DNA of 64,000 nucleotides from Octopus bimaculoides (Eukaryota), in assembly GCF_001194135.2 (NCBI RefSeq), contig NC_068983.1, positions 38,802,003-38,866,002 of the forward strand, written 5' to 3'. Below, in pieces: positions 24,812 through 37,909 of the stretch. Made by a program: the position numbers and the translations under genes. Numbering within the stretch: the first letter of the stretch is position 1; every line of letters begins with the position of its first letter. The notes under the pieces were generated by a model. That model searched no databases, was not told the DNA's origin, and worked only from the letters and a program-made list of their open reading frames with translations.

Positions 24812-25290
24812 AAAGTACCCAGCACACCTTGTAAAATGGTTGTCATTAGGAAGGGCATTGATTTGTAGAAACCATGCCCATCCAGATGTTGGAACTCAAA
24901 ACAGGCCTTGGCCCCATTGGATATTGACATATCCTTAAACTGTCCAACCCATGCCAGCATGGAAAATAGATTTTTAATTATGATGAAAATGATGATTATC
25001 ATACTTATATGCATTTATTGGTACTGTGGGCAAGCGTCTTCTACTATAGCCTTAGGCTGACCAAAGCCTTGTGAGTGGATTTGGTAAATGGAAACTGAAA
25101 GAAGCTCATCATATGTGTGTGTGTGTGTATGTGTGTGACTGTTTGTCTTCCACCACTGCTTGACAAGCAATGTTGGTTTGTTTACATCTCTGTAACTTAG
25201 CGGTTCAGTACGGGGGTAGACTAAAACCTCTTCAAGATGGTGCCCCAGTATGGTCGCAGTCCAGTTACTGAAACAAGTAAAAGATAAAAG
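24812..25290 (+). mobile_element. Tandem family D fragment (24812-25003) and family A copy (25020-25290)
   Basis: cattaggaagggcattg...ccatgccagcatgg; then gggcaagcgtcttctactatagcc...tactgaaacaagtaaaaga. Confidence 0.8.
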
Positions 25291-26973
25291 ACATATATAT
25301 ATATTCATGTATGAAAGGATAGAGATGACCAAGGAATAACTGATTATCCTATGATCTTCGTAGGTATCTGTGTATATAGATACATACATATTATATATNN
25401 NNNNNNNNNNNNNNNNNNNNNNNNNNNNNNNNNNNNNNNNNNNNNNNNNNNNNNNNNNNNNNNNNNNNNNNNNNNNNNNNNNNNNNNNNNNNNNNNNNNN
25501 NNNNNNNNNNNNNNNNNNNNNNNNNNNNNNNNNNNNNNNNNNNNNNNNNNNNNNNNNNNNNNNNNNNNNNNNNNNNNNNNNNNNNNNNNNNNNNNNNNNN
25601 NNNNNNNNNNNNNNNNNNNNNNNNNNNNNNNNNNNNNNNNNNNNNNNNNNNNNNNNNNNNNNNNNNNNNNNNNNNNNNNNNNNNNNNNNNNNNNNNNNNN
25701 NNNNNNNNNNNNNNNNNNNNNNNNNNNNNNNNNNNNNNNNNNNNNNNNNNNNNNNNNNNNNNNNNNNNNNNNNNNNNNNNNNNNNNNNNNNNNNNNNNNN
25801 NNNNNNNNNNNNNNNNNNNNNNNNNNNNNNNNNNNNNNNNNNNNNNNNNNNNNNNNNNNNNNNNNNNNNNNNNNNNNNNNNNNNNNNNNNNNNNNNNNNN
25901 NNNNNNNNNNNNNNNNNNNNNNNNNNNNNNNNNNNNNNNNNNNNNNNNNNNNNNNNNNNNNNNNNNNGTGACGGTTTTTACGCATGGTTTTCTAACCTTG
26001 GTTACAGTTTTGTTTTTGTTGGTGGTGATGATGATGGTGGTAGTGGTGGAGATGATGTGTTATGGTGATAGTGGTGGTGGTCGTGGTAATGATAATGGCT
26101 GGTGGTGGTGGTTGTAGTGTTGGTAAAGATGGTGATGATGATGGTGGTGGTGATGTTGATACTGCTGGTGTTTGATGGGTTGTGTGATGATGATGGTGAT
26201 GATATTGATGATGTTGGTGGTGGTGGTGGTGGTGGTGGTGGCGGTGGTAGTAGTAGTAGTGTTGGTGTTGGTGGTGGTAGAGATGGTGATGATGGTGGTG
26301 GTGATATTGATACTGCTGGTGATGATGGGTGTGTATGATGATGATGATGATGCTGCTGCTGCTGATGATGATGATGATAATGTTGGTGGTGGTGATGGTG
26401 GTGGTAGTAGTGATGGTCGTGGCAGTGGCAGTCATATTAATATATATTATGCATACACATACATACATAAATACACATGTATTTGTGTGTGAGACTTTGA
26501 AAAATTTGAATTAATCTTTCAATGAAGATTACATTTTATTAAAGTAAACCTATTACATGAATTATATTAGTTATAATAGCTAGACTGCTTCATCTTAAAA
26601 TGCTTCCAGGATATTAACAGCATGCTGTGTGATTGTTATTCTTGTTGTTTGGTATTTGGTATTTACTAGAATCAGAGCTGGTGAAACAGAGTCTTATTTA
26701 CTTTACACGAAATATCAAGATAAATTCGCACATGTGAATATATATATATTGTAGCATTTGTGTTTGGGTGTGTTAATATCGCCACACACATGCACACATT
26801 ATGTATGTGAATACATGTATGATATGTGTGTGTTTGTGTGTATAGGAATGTATGTATGTGTTTGTGAGTATGGGAATGTATGTATGTATATATGTGTATA
26901 TAAAGAGAGAGAGGGGGAGGGGGAGAGAGATGGATGGATAAATAAACAGTCTAAATGTATATGTACGTATATA

Positions 26974-27066
<93 letters not shown>

Positions 27067-27159
27067 CATCATTTAAGAACCGTTATTAAATGATGATGAT
27101 AATGATGATGATGATGAAGATTATGATAATTATATATATATATATGTATATATATACAT

Positions 27160-27224
<65 letters not shown>

Positions 27225-27620
27225 AAGATATGTGTGTATGTATGCATGTGTATACATACACATGCATATACACATATATACTTTCATATACATGTATGTG
27301 TATGTATATGTATATATATGTATATATATTTGAATATGAGTGTGTGTGAATGTACTGATATATGCTTATATCTAATCGAATGCTCACACTTATATACTTT
27401 CAGTTTTATTCGCTATTATATGAATATGTTTTTTTACTATGACAATGGATAAGAATGTTTACATCCATGTAAATTCTTGTACATGTAGTTTGAAGAAGCA
27501 GGTCTCCCATGCACTTGTGCCAATTTCATGTACTCTTATATATTGAAAACTTTCTTTACATATGTTCTATAATTCTATTTAGCCATGATGACCAAAGCCA
27601 TGCTGGAGCACTTTTTAAAT

Positions 27621-27713
27621 GAAGAAAAGCAAATGGAGATTAGGAAGTTAATAATAGTTTATTTGTTAATAATAAACAATTATTAACTTCCTAATCTTCA
27701 TTTTCTTTTCTTC
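27621..27713. repeat. AT-rich hairpin, 31-bp core arms (2 mismatches), 7-nt loop
   Basis: atggagattaggaagttaataatagtttatt-tgttaat-aataaacaattattaacttcctaatcttcat. Confidence 0.8.
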
Positions 27714-28162
27714 TTTTGAATGGATATAAACTATATGCTTAAACATGTTGTTTTAAGGGAATTTCACTCCCCAAAAATACTAGCTATTGTACCAGTAATT
27801 CCTTGGATGCATCCATCCCTTCATGAGGTTAACATATCCTCTAATTAAATTGAATTTTATATATATATATATCTATATATCTATCTATTTATCTGTGTGT
27901 GTATGTGTGTAGTTTTTGTTAAGCAGCGTTGATTATTACAATTCTGTAAATAATAATAATAATAGTATTTTTATAAGCTTAAAGCTTATAAGCGATCACT
28001 GTGCATTGACTAATGTAAATTGTCTAATAATGGGACATATAAGCTCTTGATAGAGAAAAGTAGGTTTTCTCTTATGCGTTGGACTTGAACCCACCCCTCT
28101 TTGTTCATGACCAATTGTTGTGAATATAATACTATTATATGTATATATATATCGATACAGAA

Positions 28163-28263
<101 letters not shown>

Positions 28264-28536
28264 GGATGGATTCTAGGTGATCAAATCAAGTCTAGCACTT
28301 ATTTGAATCTGGTACTAATTACATTATTGATCTTTATTTAACAAACCACTCAGTGGCAAGATGGAATGAAACACAATATAAACAATAGATGCAGATGCAC
28401 ATAAGCATGTACACATACACTCTCACACATATTCATACTTACACAATGATACATATATATCATATATATAGGTATGTATGTATGTATGTATGTACTTATA
28501 GTTATGTGCATATGTGTGTATTTATGTATATATATG

Positions 28537-28608
<72 letters not shown>

Positions 28609-29048
28609 TGTGTGTGTGTTCCTTACATTAGTTTGTTTCTATTTTCTCCATCAAATTGTCACTTACAGTGTCTACATAATATAAGATATTTTTATATCAC
28701 CATCGTCATCATCATCATCATCATTTGTCATTGTCATCATTTTTAAGTACACTTTTGTCACGTTTGCGTGGCTTAGCTAGCACTTGTATACATACATACA
28801 TACATACATACATATGGACGTACGTATACTTATATACATTTATGAATAAATAAGTGTAAACAAAGAACCATATAATATTGCATTCTTTATTTCATACTAT
28901 CAGGCTCTCCACCTACCTACCTACCTGCCTACCTATCTATCTATTTATCTCATTTATTTATCTACCTATACGTCCATCCAGGTTTTTGTCTGCCTGTCTT
29001 TCTGCCTATCTATCTGTTTATCCATCTATCTGTTTATCTATCTATCTG

Positions 29049-29101
<53 letters not shown>

Positions 29102-29935
29102 TATTCTTAAACTGGCCAAAACTTCAAAGTCAGTCTATAATTTTCTTGTATAAGAATAATAAATTTTTACACTACAAAAGTACAGAGTAATCCTTCAGAT
29201 TAATGTAAAATTGTTTTACAGTTAAGCAAACATAAAAGCAAAGATTAATATCTGTCTGTCTATCTGTATATCTGTCTATCTGTATATCTGTCTATCTCTA
29301 TGACCTGTCAGTCTGTCTCTCTCTCTATCTATCTATCCATCTCCTCCTCTCACGCTCTCTCTCTGTAATATGTGTGTGTGTGTCTATGTATGTATGCTTG
29401 CAAATATGTGTGTATGTATGTCTTTATGTACATATGTACATATGTACATATATAATTATGTTAGTGACCTCTTCATCTTTTTCTTTCTTCAATATTATGC
29501 TTTCTTTGAAGGACTTTACATTTATAAGAAATCAAAATTAATTTGCAAACAACGTGGGTTCTTATAATTCAATGATTTATAGCTATGACCTCTTTTAGAA
29601 AACCGAAACATTTTGGAAGAATCAGATATTTTATAACATTTGGTCGAAATCTTATTAATCTTCCATTAACAATCTTTTTTATATTGTTTTATTCTATTCC
29701 AGTAGATTTTTTTTTTGTGGGCAGGATTGATATTTTTTAATTTTTCTTCTCTACATCAAATATTTTCTTTTTCATTCTTTCCTTTATTTTTCTTCATATA
29801 TAATTTTTTTTGTCCAAGAAGATAAACTATTGTAATTCTGTATTTTATAGACAGTTGCATGCATGTATATGTGTGATTGTGTTTGTGTGTGTGTGTGTAT
29901 ATATATATATATACACACACACTCACTTACACACA

Positions 29936-29993
<58 letters not shown>

Positions 29994-30213
29994 GATATGT
30001 GTATACAGATGTGTTTGTATTTTTGTCTGTGNNNNNNNNNNNNNNNNNNNNNNNNNNNNNNNNNNNNNNNNNNNNNNNNNNNNNNNNNNNNNNNNNNNNN
30101 NNNNNNNNNNNNNNNNNNNNNNNNNNNNNNNNNNNNNNNNNNNNACATATATAAGAAGAGTGAAGGTGGGAATGATATATATATATGTGTGTATGTATAT
30201 GTATATATATGTG

Positions 30214-30247
<34 letters not shown>

Positions 30248-30904
30248 TGAGAGAGAGCTAGAGGCGAGAGAGAGTGGGAGAGACCAGAGTTGATGGTGAA
30301 ATAGATTGGTAGAGAGATGGAGAGAATGGCAAAAAGGGTGAAGATATGTTGTGGGTGATGTTACAATGTATATTATACAGTTGGGATGATTGATTATTAC
30401 GCTATTTTGATGTTCTCAGAGAATCTTTACAATGTCTTTATGAATCCTCAAAAAAAACAAAAAAAAACAAACAAAAACAAACAACCTTCAGTAACAACAA
30501 TTACAGCAATGACAAAAAAAAAAAAAAAAAAAAGTAGGTTTCATTTGTGTGAAGGTAGAAAATGGAATTAGCCAGCATTAAAATATTTGAGATGTTTCTA
30601 TATTTCCTTTCACTTTTAATAGTTTTTTTTTCCTTTTTTTTCTTTAGTATTTGTACCTTTTAATTAGTTAGTGGAATGGTAAGCTGTAGAAGACTACAGG
30701 TGTTACAGTATTCTAGTTTAGTGCCTTTTGGGAGCGTCAATCTCTTCTTGGTTGAGTTTGTTTTGTATTGTTCACAGTTTTAGACAATATATGCAACAGG
30801 TACAGGTATGGCTGTGTGGTTAAGAAGCTTGCTTTCCAATCATGTGGTCTTGGTTTCTGTTCCATGGCCATGGATTTGGTGGAGAGAAACTGAAAGAAGC
30901 CTGT

Positions 30905-30938
<34 letters not shown>

Positions 30939-31029
30939 AATGAATGTCATTACTTGTATGATGGTGACACTCATTTACAACCATCACATGATGTCAAGAC
31001 AAGAGTGTATACTATAAACACGTTATATA

Positions 31030-31245
31030 TGCTGAAAGGAGACTGACTTGATGAAGTGGACATCTCCAGGTGCTTAGGATCCACTTTGACCTAGGACAGC
31101 AGATCTTAAAAGCGAGTGACAAGACTCAGTTTAGCCTCTTTTGTTATGATGAAGCTGAAGACCATATGGAAAAGCAGTGCCATTACTTTTCTAACAGCAT
31201 TCACTGTGTACAAGTCCCTGGTAACTTTGATCCTTCTGTATGAGC
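31030..31245 (+). mobile_element. RTE-clade LINE fragment (RT C-terminal region), decayed
   Basis: LDEVDISRCLGSTLT*DSRS..TRLSLASFVMMKLKTIWKSSAITF..VYKSLVTLILLY resembles the RTE 'L.KIWKS..IS..K..YKSLV..ILLYG' motif. Confidence 0.7.
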
Positions 31246-31252
31246 AAGGAGT

Positions 31253-31565
31253 GAGCTGGTCCACTACTAATAAATAGTGGACTAACACAGTCAGTAGGGT
31301 TGGTTGGTGAAGGGAGGATCTTTAGAAGGGTTGTGGAGTTTGCTGTAGAAATGCTACAATTTGCTGTTTGGTAATTCCTGTTTTCTGATTTTGTGACCTT
31401 TGATATGTCCCGGTGGCGATACTGTCTGAACCCTCGTTGCCACTGATATGTCCCATGATGACAATGTATATCGTCGTCTCTAGGGGACTAGTCCGAACGG
31501 CGTATCTTCACCAACCAACCCTACTGACTGTGTCAGTCCACTATTTATTAGTAGTGGACCAGCTC
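31253..31565. repeat. 60-bp inverted repeat (59/60 identical) around a 193-bp spacer
   Basis: gagctggtccactactaataaatagtggactaacacagtcagtagggttggttggtgaag at 31253-31312, reverse complement at 31506-31565. Confidence 0.9.
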
Positions 31566-32147
31566 AATTCTTGCCTGAGGGCGTCCACCACAACAACCTT
31601 CTAGATCAACTGTGTTTTTCAACATCCTGTAATCAATATCTGTGCCATCCTAAGGCATGGGTACACTGGGCAGTTGCCTGAGGGCCTCACCGCTCAGGGG
31701 ACCCAATTATGTTTGCTGTCAATAAATACTATAGCGAGCCAATGCACTGATTTTCCCTGGGACCTATAATGCTGTTATGATGGTCCTGGTCAATATTATA
31801 GATTTAGTGAAGGACAAAAATATTCTTTCACTATTCACCGTGATCTAAAGTATCAGGAACCAACTCTGGATTTTGAAGCTTGAAATAAATGGCAAGTGAT
31901 GTGTTAGTCTGTTGGCGCTAAGGAAAGACTGGTGATGGTGTTCGCTCATTATAACCAGGTGAAGGAAGTATCATTGTTATCATGGAATCATGTTCATCGA
32001 CTGTTTACACATCCTGTTTTATACAAATCAGCGTTGTGTCTAGGTAAAAATAATCCATACATGTTGCTTTGGGAATAAATGGATATACATACATACACAT
32101 ATACACACATATATATGCATGCATATATTTTATATATATATATAATA

Positions 32148-32187
<40 letters not shown>

Positions 32188-32430
32188 ACACACACATATA
32201 CATACAATGCATATATATGTAGGTGTGTGCTTAGCAATGAGAGGCAAATGTATCATAGTATTATGTGGGTCTCTTGTCATTGATTATATGATCTAACTGT
32301 TCATTCTCCTTTGTTCATTACTCATACTTTCTTTTGTCTGTTTCTAAATCACCTGTTTACATGACAAAACACAAACACACTCATTTTGATGAATTGTATA
32401 TCTATATCTGAATATCTGTTGAGCCGCCTA

Positions 32431-32479
<49 letters not shown>

Positions 32480-33449
32480 TTGTATGTNNNNNNNNNNACA
32501 TGCACACACGTGCATATATATATATATATATACATGGGTGTTTTATGCATATGTGTTGGGTGGGGAGGGTATATATATATGCACATATACACACTTATAT
32601 ACACATTCCACTTAGTAAGCGTCTATCACTATCATTATCTTTTATGAACTATTTTGTAGTATACTCACGTGTATGCAAATACACACATATGTGCATGCAC
32701 ACACACTTTATACATGCATGCACACACACTTTATACATGCATGCACATACACATGCATACGCAAACACCCCACACACACACTTAAAATTAATGAGTGACA
32801 GAGAAACAGTCTGACAGTTCTCTATCCAGGAATTAAAAGTATATATTCCTATATATTATTGGTGAAGCAGTAAGATATAAGAAGAATTATTTAGACTATT
32901 TATATCTCCATGTTTCATACGTGCAGTGTATGATTCAACTATTGTGCATTCTTTGTCAGTGTGCGGATACAGGGGAACTCCTATCAGCATCAGCAACACC
33001 ACTCCTACTACCGCCACTACTGCCACATCCACAATAGAAGACTAATCTTATATTGACAGCTTAACTCTCTCTGGTCTGTTCTATCTGATCTCAAACCTTT
33101 CTCTGCCTACCTGATCACCATATATTTTCCACTACACTGATAACATTTCTTTACCAGTAATCATTATTATTTCAGATTATATACTCATTATGGAAAACCT
33201 TTTTCTCTTCCATTCATTGTCTGATACCGTATTCCTGGTGCTTCCTTTTTTTTCTTTTTTTTTTTCTCCAATCGCTTTTACTGCTTTCCTATCTGACTGT
33301 GAACCTAATGTTTCACACTTATCAGATCATACCAACATGTTTTTTGGAGATATTTTCATTTTTATCATATAGTCAGGAGGGAAGATAATAGCCATGCCCC
33401 TTCTTTGTAGGGTTTTCAAGACTAGCAGAAGGAAAGAAGTTATCTTTAA

Positions 33450-33648
33450 CCCTTTAGCATTTAAACTGGCCACATCCCACTCAAATATTCTATCTGTTTT
33501 ATGTTCAAACTGACCAGATCTGGCCTTGCACACCTACCCCACAATATCATTCTAAAAATAACTATCACATCATTAAAATCTCAAAGCCACGAGATAATGC
33601 ATGATTAATTCAAAACAATGTGGACAAAGTAACTGGAATGCTAAAGGG
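33450..33648. mobile_element. piggyBac-type MITE
   Basis: TTAA|ccctttagcatt ... aatgctaaaggg|TTAA: perfect 12-bp TIR with TTAA duplication on both sides. Confidence 0.85.
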
Positions 33649-33919
33649 TTAAATTGAAAACCTATCCAAAATGTTTACAACAGAGTGTACTCTGTTAAAA
33701 GTACCCAAGGTGCTGAATGGAGGTGTTAAACTGATAAACAGTCTACCATCCAAGTAAACTATGGCAAAATTTGAACTCAAAACACAAAGGACTGGAAGAA
33801 TTATCACAAGGTATATTTATTGGTTTCAAATTTTGGCACAAGATCAGCAAGCTCAGGGGAGGGGCAAGTTAATTACTTTGACCTCAGTGCTCAATTGGTA
33901 CTTTTCTTTATTGAACAAG

Positions 33920-34194
33920 GGTTCCAATTGATATTTCAATGGAACAACCTGCTTGTGGAATTAACGTGCAAGTGGCTGAGCACTCCACAGACTTGCATAA
34001 CCTTAACGTTCAGAGAGGTTCAGCATGACATAGATTGTAACAAAGCTGGTCCTTTGAACAACAAATACTACTCATTTTGACTGAAACAATGTGAAATAAA
34101 GTGTCTTGCTCAAGGACACAACACATCACCTGGAATTGAACTCACATCTTACGATCAGAAGCTGAATACCCTAACCACTAAGCTGTGTGCTTTC
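33920..34194 (-). mobile_element. SINE family C, degenerate
   Basis: gtggaattaacgtgcaagtggctgagcactccacag...gtgtcttgctcaaggacacaac...ccctaaccactaagc. Confidence 0.8.
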
Positions 34195-34315
34195 ACTGGT
34201 TCTGCCTTCATCACCTGACTGACTCTCCCATATAACAAAATCACTAATAACTGAACTCATCGTCAGAGCCACAACCATGTTTTATTCAGTCTGATTCGGG
34301 TGATCAATTTGATTC

Positions 34316-34344
34316 TCAGCAAAGGTCATGGATCAACATATTAT
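34316..34344 (-). CDS. Candidate terminal coding exon, (Y)NMLIHDLC*
   Basis: Acceptor ctgtctatgtttttcag; phase matches the upstream candidate 34901-34997. Support is splice signal and phase only. Confidence 0.25.
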
Positions 34345-34900
34345 CTGAAAAACATAGACAGATATTGTAACTGAATTTATGACTAAATAAAGGATCAGTG
34401 ATTCATATTTTAACAAAGTATAAATTCCCAAACACCATGTTTCTAAAAGATTATCATCAGTTAATCAATTGAATTGATGCTACTACACAATATAAAGTTC
34501 CACTCTGGTGGGATTTGAACCTCGAATTTACGGTATAAAACTGATTATTGCAAGGCATTTAGTTGAGCATGTTACCAACTCTGCTATCCCCATTGCCTTC
34601 ACCAACACCACAGAGTGTCACGATGACTTAACTGATATTAACTTTTAATAACTATCTTATCATATACATAATAGCATAATAATAATAAAACCTCTCTCTT
34701 TCTTTCTTTCTTTCTCTCCCTTTTCCACTCCTCGTATCATATACTTAATCATTAAGAAGCCAAATAAATAAATAAAAGACCCAGACTCTAAAATAGAAAC
34801 AAATAATGAGATTCTTAAAACACGAATAACAAAATCTATGATCAACAGGTTAGTTTTTATGCCTTCATCCTCGCCGCCAAACCGAAGGCAATATACTCAC

Positions 34901-34997
34901 ATTTAGACAGTTGCACTTCACCTCTGTCTCCTGATGGTGGTAATTTATATCCTAGGAGACTTTGCTGCATCTCCATTCTTAATGTGTCATTAATTCC
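34901..34997 (-). CDS. Candidate internal exon GINDTLRMEMQQSLLGYKLPPSGDRGEVQLSK (unknown protein)
   Basis: Branch point and acceptor ctaactttaatgattttag, consensus donor GTGAGT, only one open frame, non-repetitive sequence. Confidence 0.5.
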
Positions 34998-35199
34998 CTA
35001 AAATCATTAAAGTTAGCCTGTCCAACCAGCTTCCAATTGTAACATTGCAAATTTCATTTGTTTACTTCTTGTCTTTTTTTACGTGTTGTTGCTCTTCTTA
35101 TATTTTATCTCCAACTGAAATGCCAAGAATTTAATATGCTTTATTACTGTATTAATTGCTTTAAGACTTGTATAATACACATATATAGTTATAAACATA

Positions 35200-35307
35200 G
35201 TCTGATAGCTACACAAACACACACTCACACATGTATACATACATGCTTATGTATGTGTATATATACATATACATATACAGATTATATATATATATATATG
35301 TGTGTGC

Positions 35308-35341
<34 letters not shown>

Positions 35342-35382
35342 ATGCATGTATGTATGTGTGTGTATAAATATATGTATGTATG

Positions 35383-35470
<88 letters not shown>

Positions 35471-35594
35471 CATATATGTATATGTGTGTGTGTGTGTGTG
35501 TATATATATATGTTTATATATGTATATATGTGTGTGTAAATATACATGTGTAAATATATGTAAATATATATGTGTATGTATACACACATGCACA

Positions 35595-35635
<41 letters not shown>

Positions 35636-35851
35636 ACATATATGTGTGTGTATGTATGTATATTAAATGCAAATGCATGCACACACATAAATATGTAGAC
35701 ATAAAGATAGCTAAAAGAGAAATATATCACTATTTCAAACTCTGGCGCCATTCATGTGCTTTCACAAATATCTATTTTTGTTGGCATTATCATTCCTTGT
35801 TGGCTATATTTGGTTTTAAAGGATTTTTTTCCGAAGTTGCTCATAAATACA

Positions 35852-35902
<51 letters not shown>

Positions 35903-35950
35903 ATACATGCATGTCTGTATATGCATATTATATATACATGTATTTATAGA
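35200..35950. repeat. Compound (TA)n/(TG)n/(CA)n microsatellite
   Basis: Seen directly. Confidence 0.95.
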
Positions 35951-36071
35951 GAGGAGAGAGAAAAATGAGAAGGGGAGCAGTAAATAATGAAAGTGAGGGA
36001 GCCAGTGAAAGTGAGGTTTGGTAGAGCAAAATGAAGAAATATTACTCAATACGTGAATATATATACTTTAC

Positions 36072-36137
36072 ATATTTATCAGACTTTGTAAGTGCCATGC
36101 ATGAGACTCTTGACCCTTGGATCACTTTTGTAACTTT
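36072..36137 (-). CDS. Candidate 66-nt exon KVTKVIQGSRVSCMALTKSDKY (WD40-strand-like)
   Basis: Acceptor actttatctttttatactcag, donor gtaaag, one open frame, phase 0 joins 34997. Confidence 0.4.
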
Positions 36138-36670
36138 CTGAGTATAAAAAGATAAAGTAAAATATATAATAATTCCATTAATTTTGGATTGCTTTGAAAA
36201 TGTGTTAACGCGTATTTTCGAAATATTCATTTGAATGATATTTTCGAAATATTAATATATTAATACAACAGAAACAGTTGTTGGTTTTTTTTTTTTTTTT
36301 GTAAGGTGAATTCTATAGTTACAGATGTGATTTTCTTCATAGGTATTTTTGTTGTGTAATACTCAGAATTTCTCCAATTTCTTCTAAATGATATTTGAAT
36401 CTATTTGTCATACATGAGGAATTACACTGGATGTTTATTCTACTGGCATTTATTGGTGTCTGGTTATTGGATGTAGTTAACTAAATTCGTTTCAAACTGA
36501 GTACTTTATTGATATCTGCCTGGATTTTTAAATCCCGTCTTTCTCTCTTCTTACTATAGCTATTTGTCTGTCTGTCTGTCTGTCTGTCTCTTTATGTATC
36601 TATCTATCCATCTGTCTGTCTATGTATGTATGTATCTATCTATCTATCTATCTATGCATATGTATATATT

Positions 36671-36773
36671 CATCATCATCATTGTTTAACGTCCGCCTTC
36701 CATGCTAGCATGGGTTGGATGATTTAACTGAGGACTGGCGAACCAGATGGCTGCACCAGGCTCCAATCTGATC
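36671..36773 (-). mobile_element. Truncated SINE family D
   Basis: catcatcatcattgtttaacgtccgccttccatgctagcatgggttgg...ggctccaatctgatc. Confidence 0.8.
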
Positions 36774-36842
36774 TATATATATACATATATTCATGTGTAT
36801 ACTTTTGTGTGCACATGTGTACGTGTATGGGTACACACACAT

Positions 36843-36877
<35 letters not shown>

Positions 36878-37356
36878 CGCGCGCACACACACACACACAC
36901 ACACAAGTATATATGTTTAATCCCCAATTTATGTCCAATTCCCATGCTGGCACAACTCAATCACATCATCACAGTCTGGTCAATTCATAGTTTCTTATTT
37001 GAAACTATTTCCCTTCAAGACATGTTGAAGGACTACATTTGATACGTTCCATCTTTAGCATGGTTTCTAGGGCTGGATGTCTTTTCTAAACCAACCAATT
37101 TATAGAGTGTGCTAGGCACATTTTGGTATGGCACCATCACGAGAGAATTTGTCATGCACTCAGCCATATGACTGGCATTGTTATGGGGAGGAATTGATTG
37201 CTTGTTATAAACATGGCAGTTTTTGCTTGCATTTTGTCAAATTCTTGTCAATACTTCCCAAACTCTGATGGTTTATGTCAGGATTCATGGCATACCAGTG
37301 CTTGATTCCACTTATCAACCAATAAACAATAACCGTAAATTTTTGTTGATGCAATT

Positions 37357-37842
37357 CATCATCATCATCGTTTAATGTCTGTTTTTCCGTGTTGGCATGG
37401 GTTGGACAGTTTAACTGGGGGCTGGCAAGCCAGGAGGCTGCACCAGTCTCCAATCTGATCTGGCAATGTTTCTACAGTTGGATGCCCTTCCTAACACCAA
37501 CCACTCCGAAAGTGTAGTGGGTGCTTTTTACGTGCCACCAGCATGAGGGTCAGTCAGGTGGTACTGGCATTGACCATGCTTGAATGATGCTTTTTACGTG
37601 CCACCAGCATAGGAGCCAGTCAGGTGGCACTAGCATTGGCCACATTTGGGTGGTGCTTTTTACGTGCCACCATCACAGGAGCCAGTTGGGGTGGGAAAAG
37701 GGGAGGGGCTGGCATCGACCATGTTCAGATGGTGCTTTTTACGTGCCACCGGCATGGGGATCTAGTCAGGCAGCACTGGTGATGACCCACGTATGAATGG
37801 TGCTTATTGTGTGCTAGCAGCACGGGAGCCAGTCAGACGGGG
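37357..37842 (-). mobile_element. SINE family D with about 6 internal tandem ~58-bp units
   Basis: Repeated gtgctttttacgtgccaccagca...agccagtcaggtgg...tggcattgaccatg. Confidence 0.88.
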
Positions 37843-37909
37843 AAAATGTTTTAGTGCTTCACATCAGTCCAACCACCTTGCAGAACTCGGTCAACCTATA
37901 TGTGTATAT

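Noticed and set aside
31100-31570. DIRS element (ICR/ITR) interpretation of the inverted repeat
   Set aside because: The adjacent coding relic reads better as RTE RT on the plus strand; no tyrosine recombinase motif is supported.
32960-33045. Plus-strand terminal-exon-like CGYRGTPISISNTTPTTATT..*
   Set aside because: Largely a degenerate (CAC/TAC)n repeat; no partner exons.
34425-34470. Minus-strand CUGAUGA-uaa/uua-GAAAC hammerhead-like core
   Set aside because: The site would be GUG (invalid H17) and stem I does not pair.
37500-37842. CRISPR-like appearance of regular ~58-bp periodicity
   Set aside because: The units are wholly related with no unique spacers, lie inside a SINE, and the genome is eukaryotic with no cas genes.
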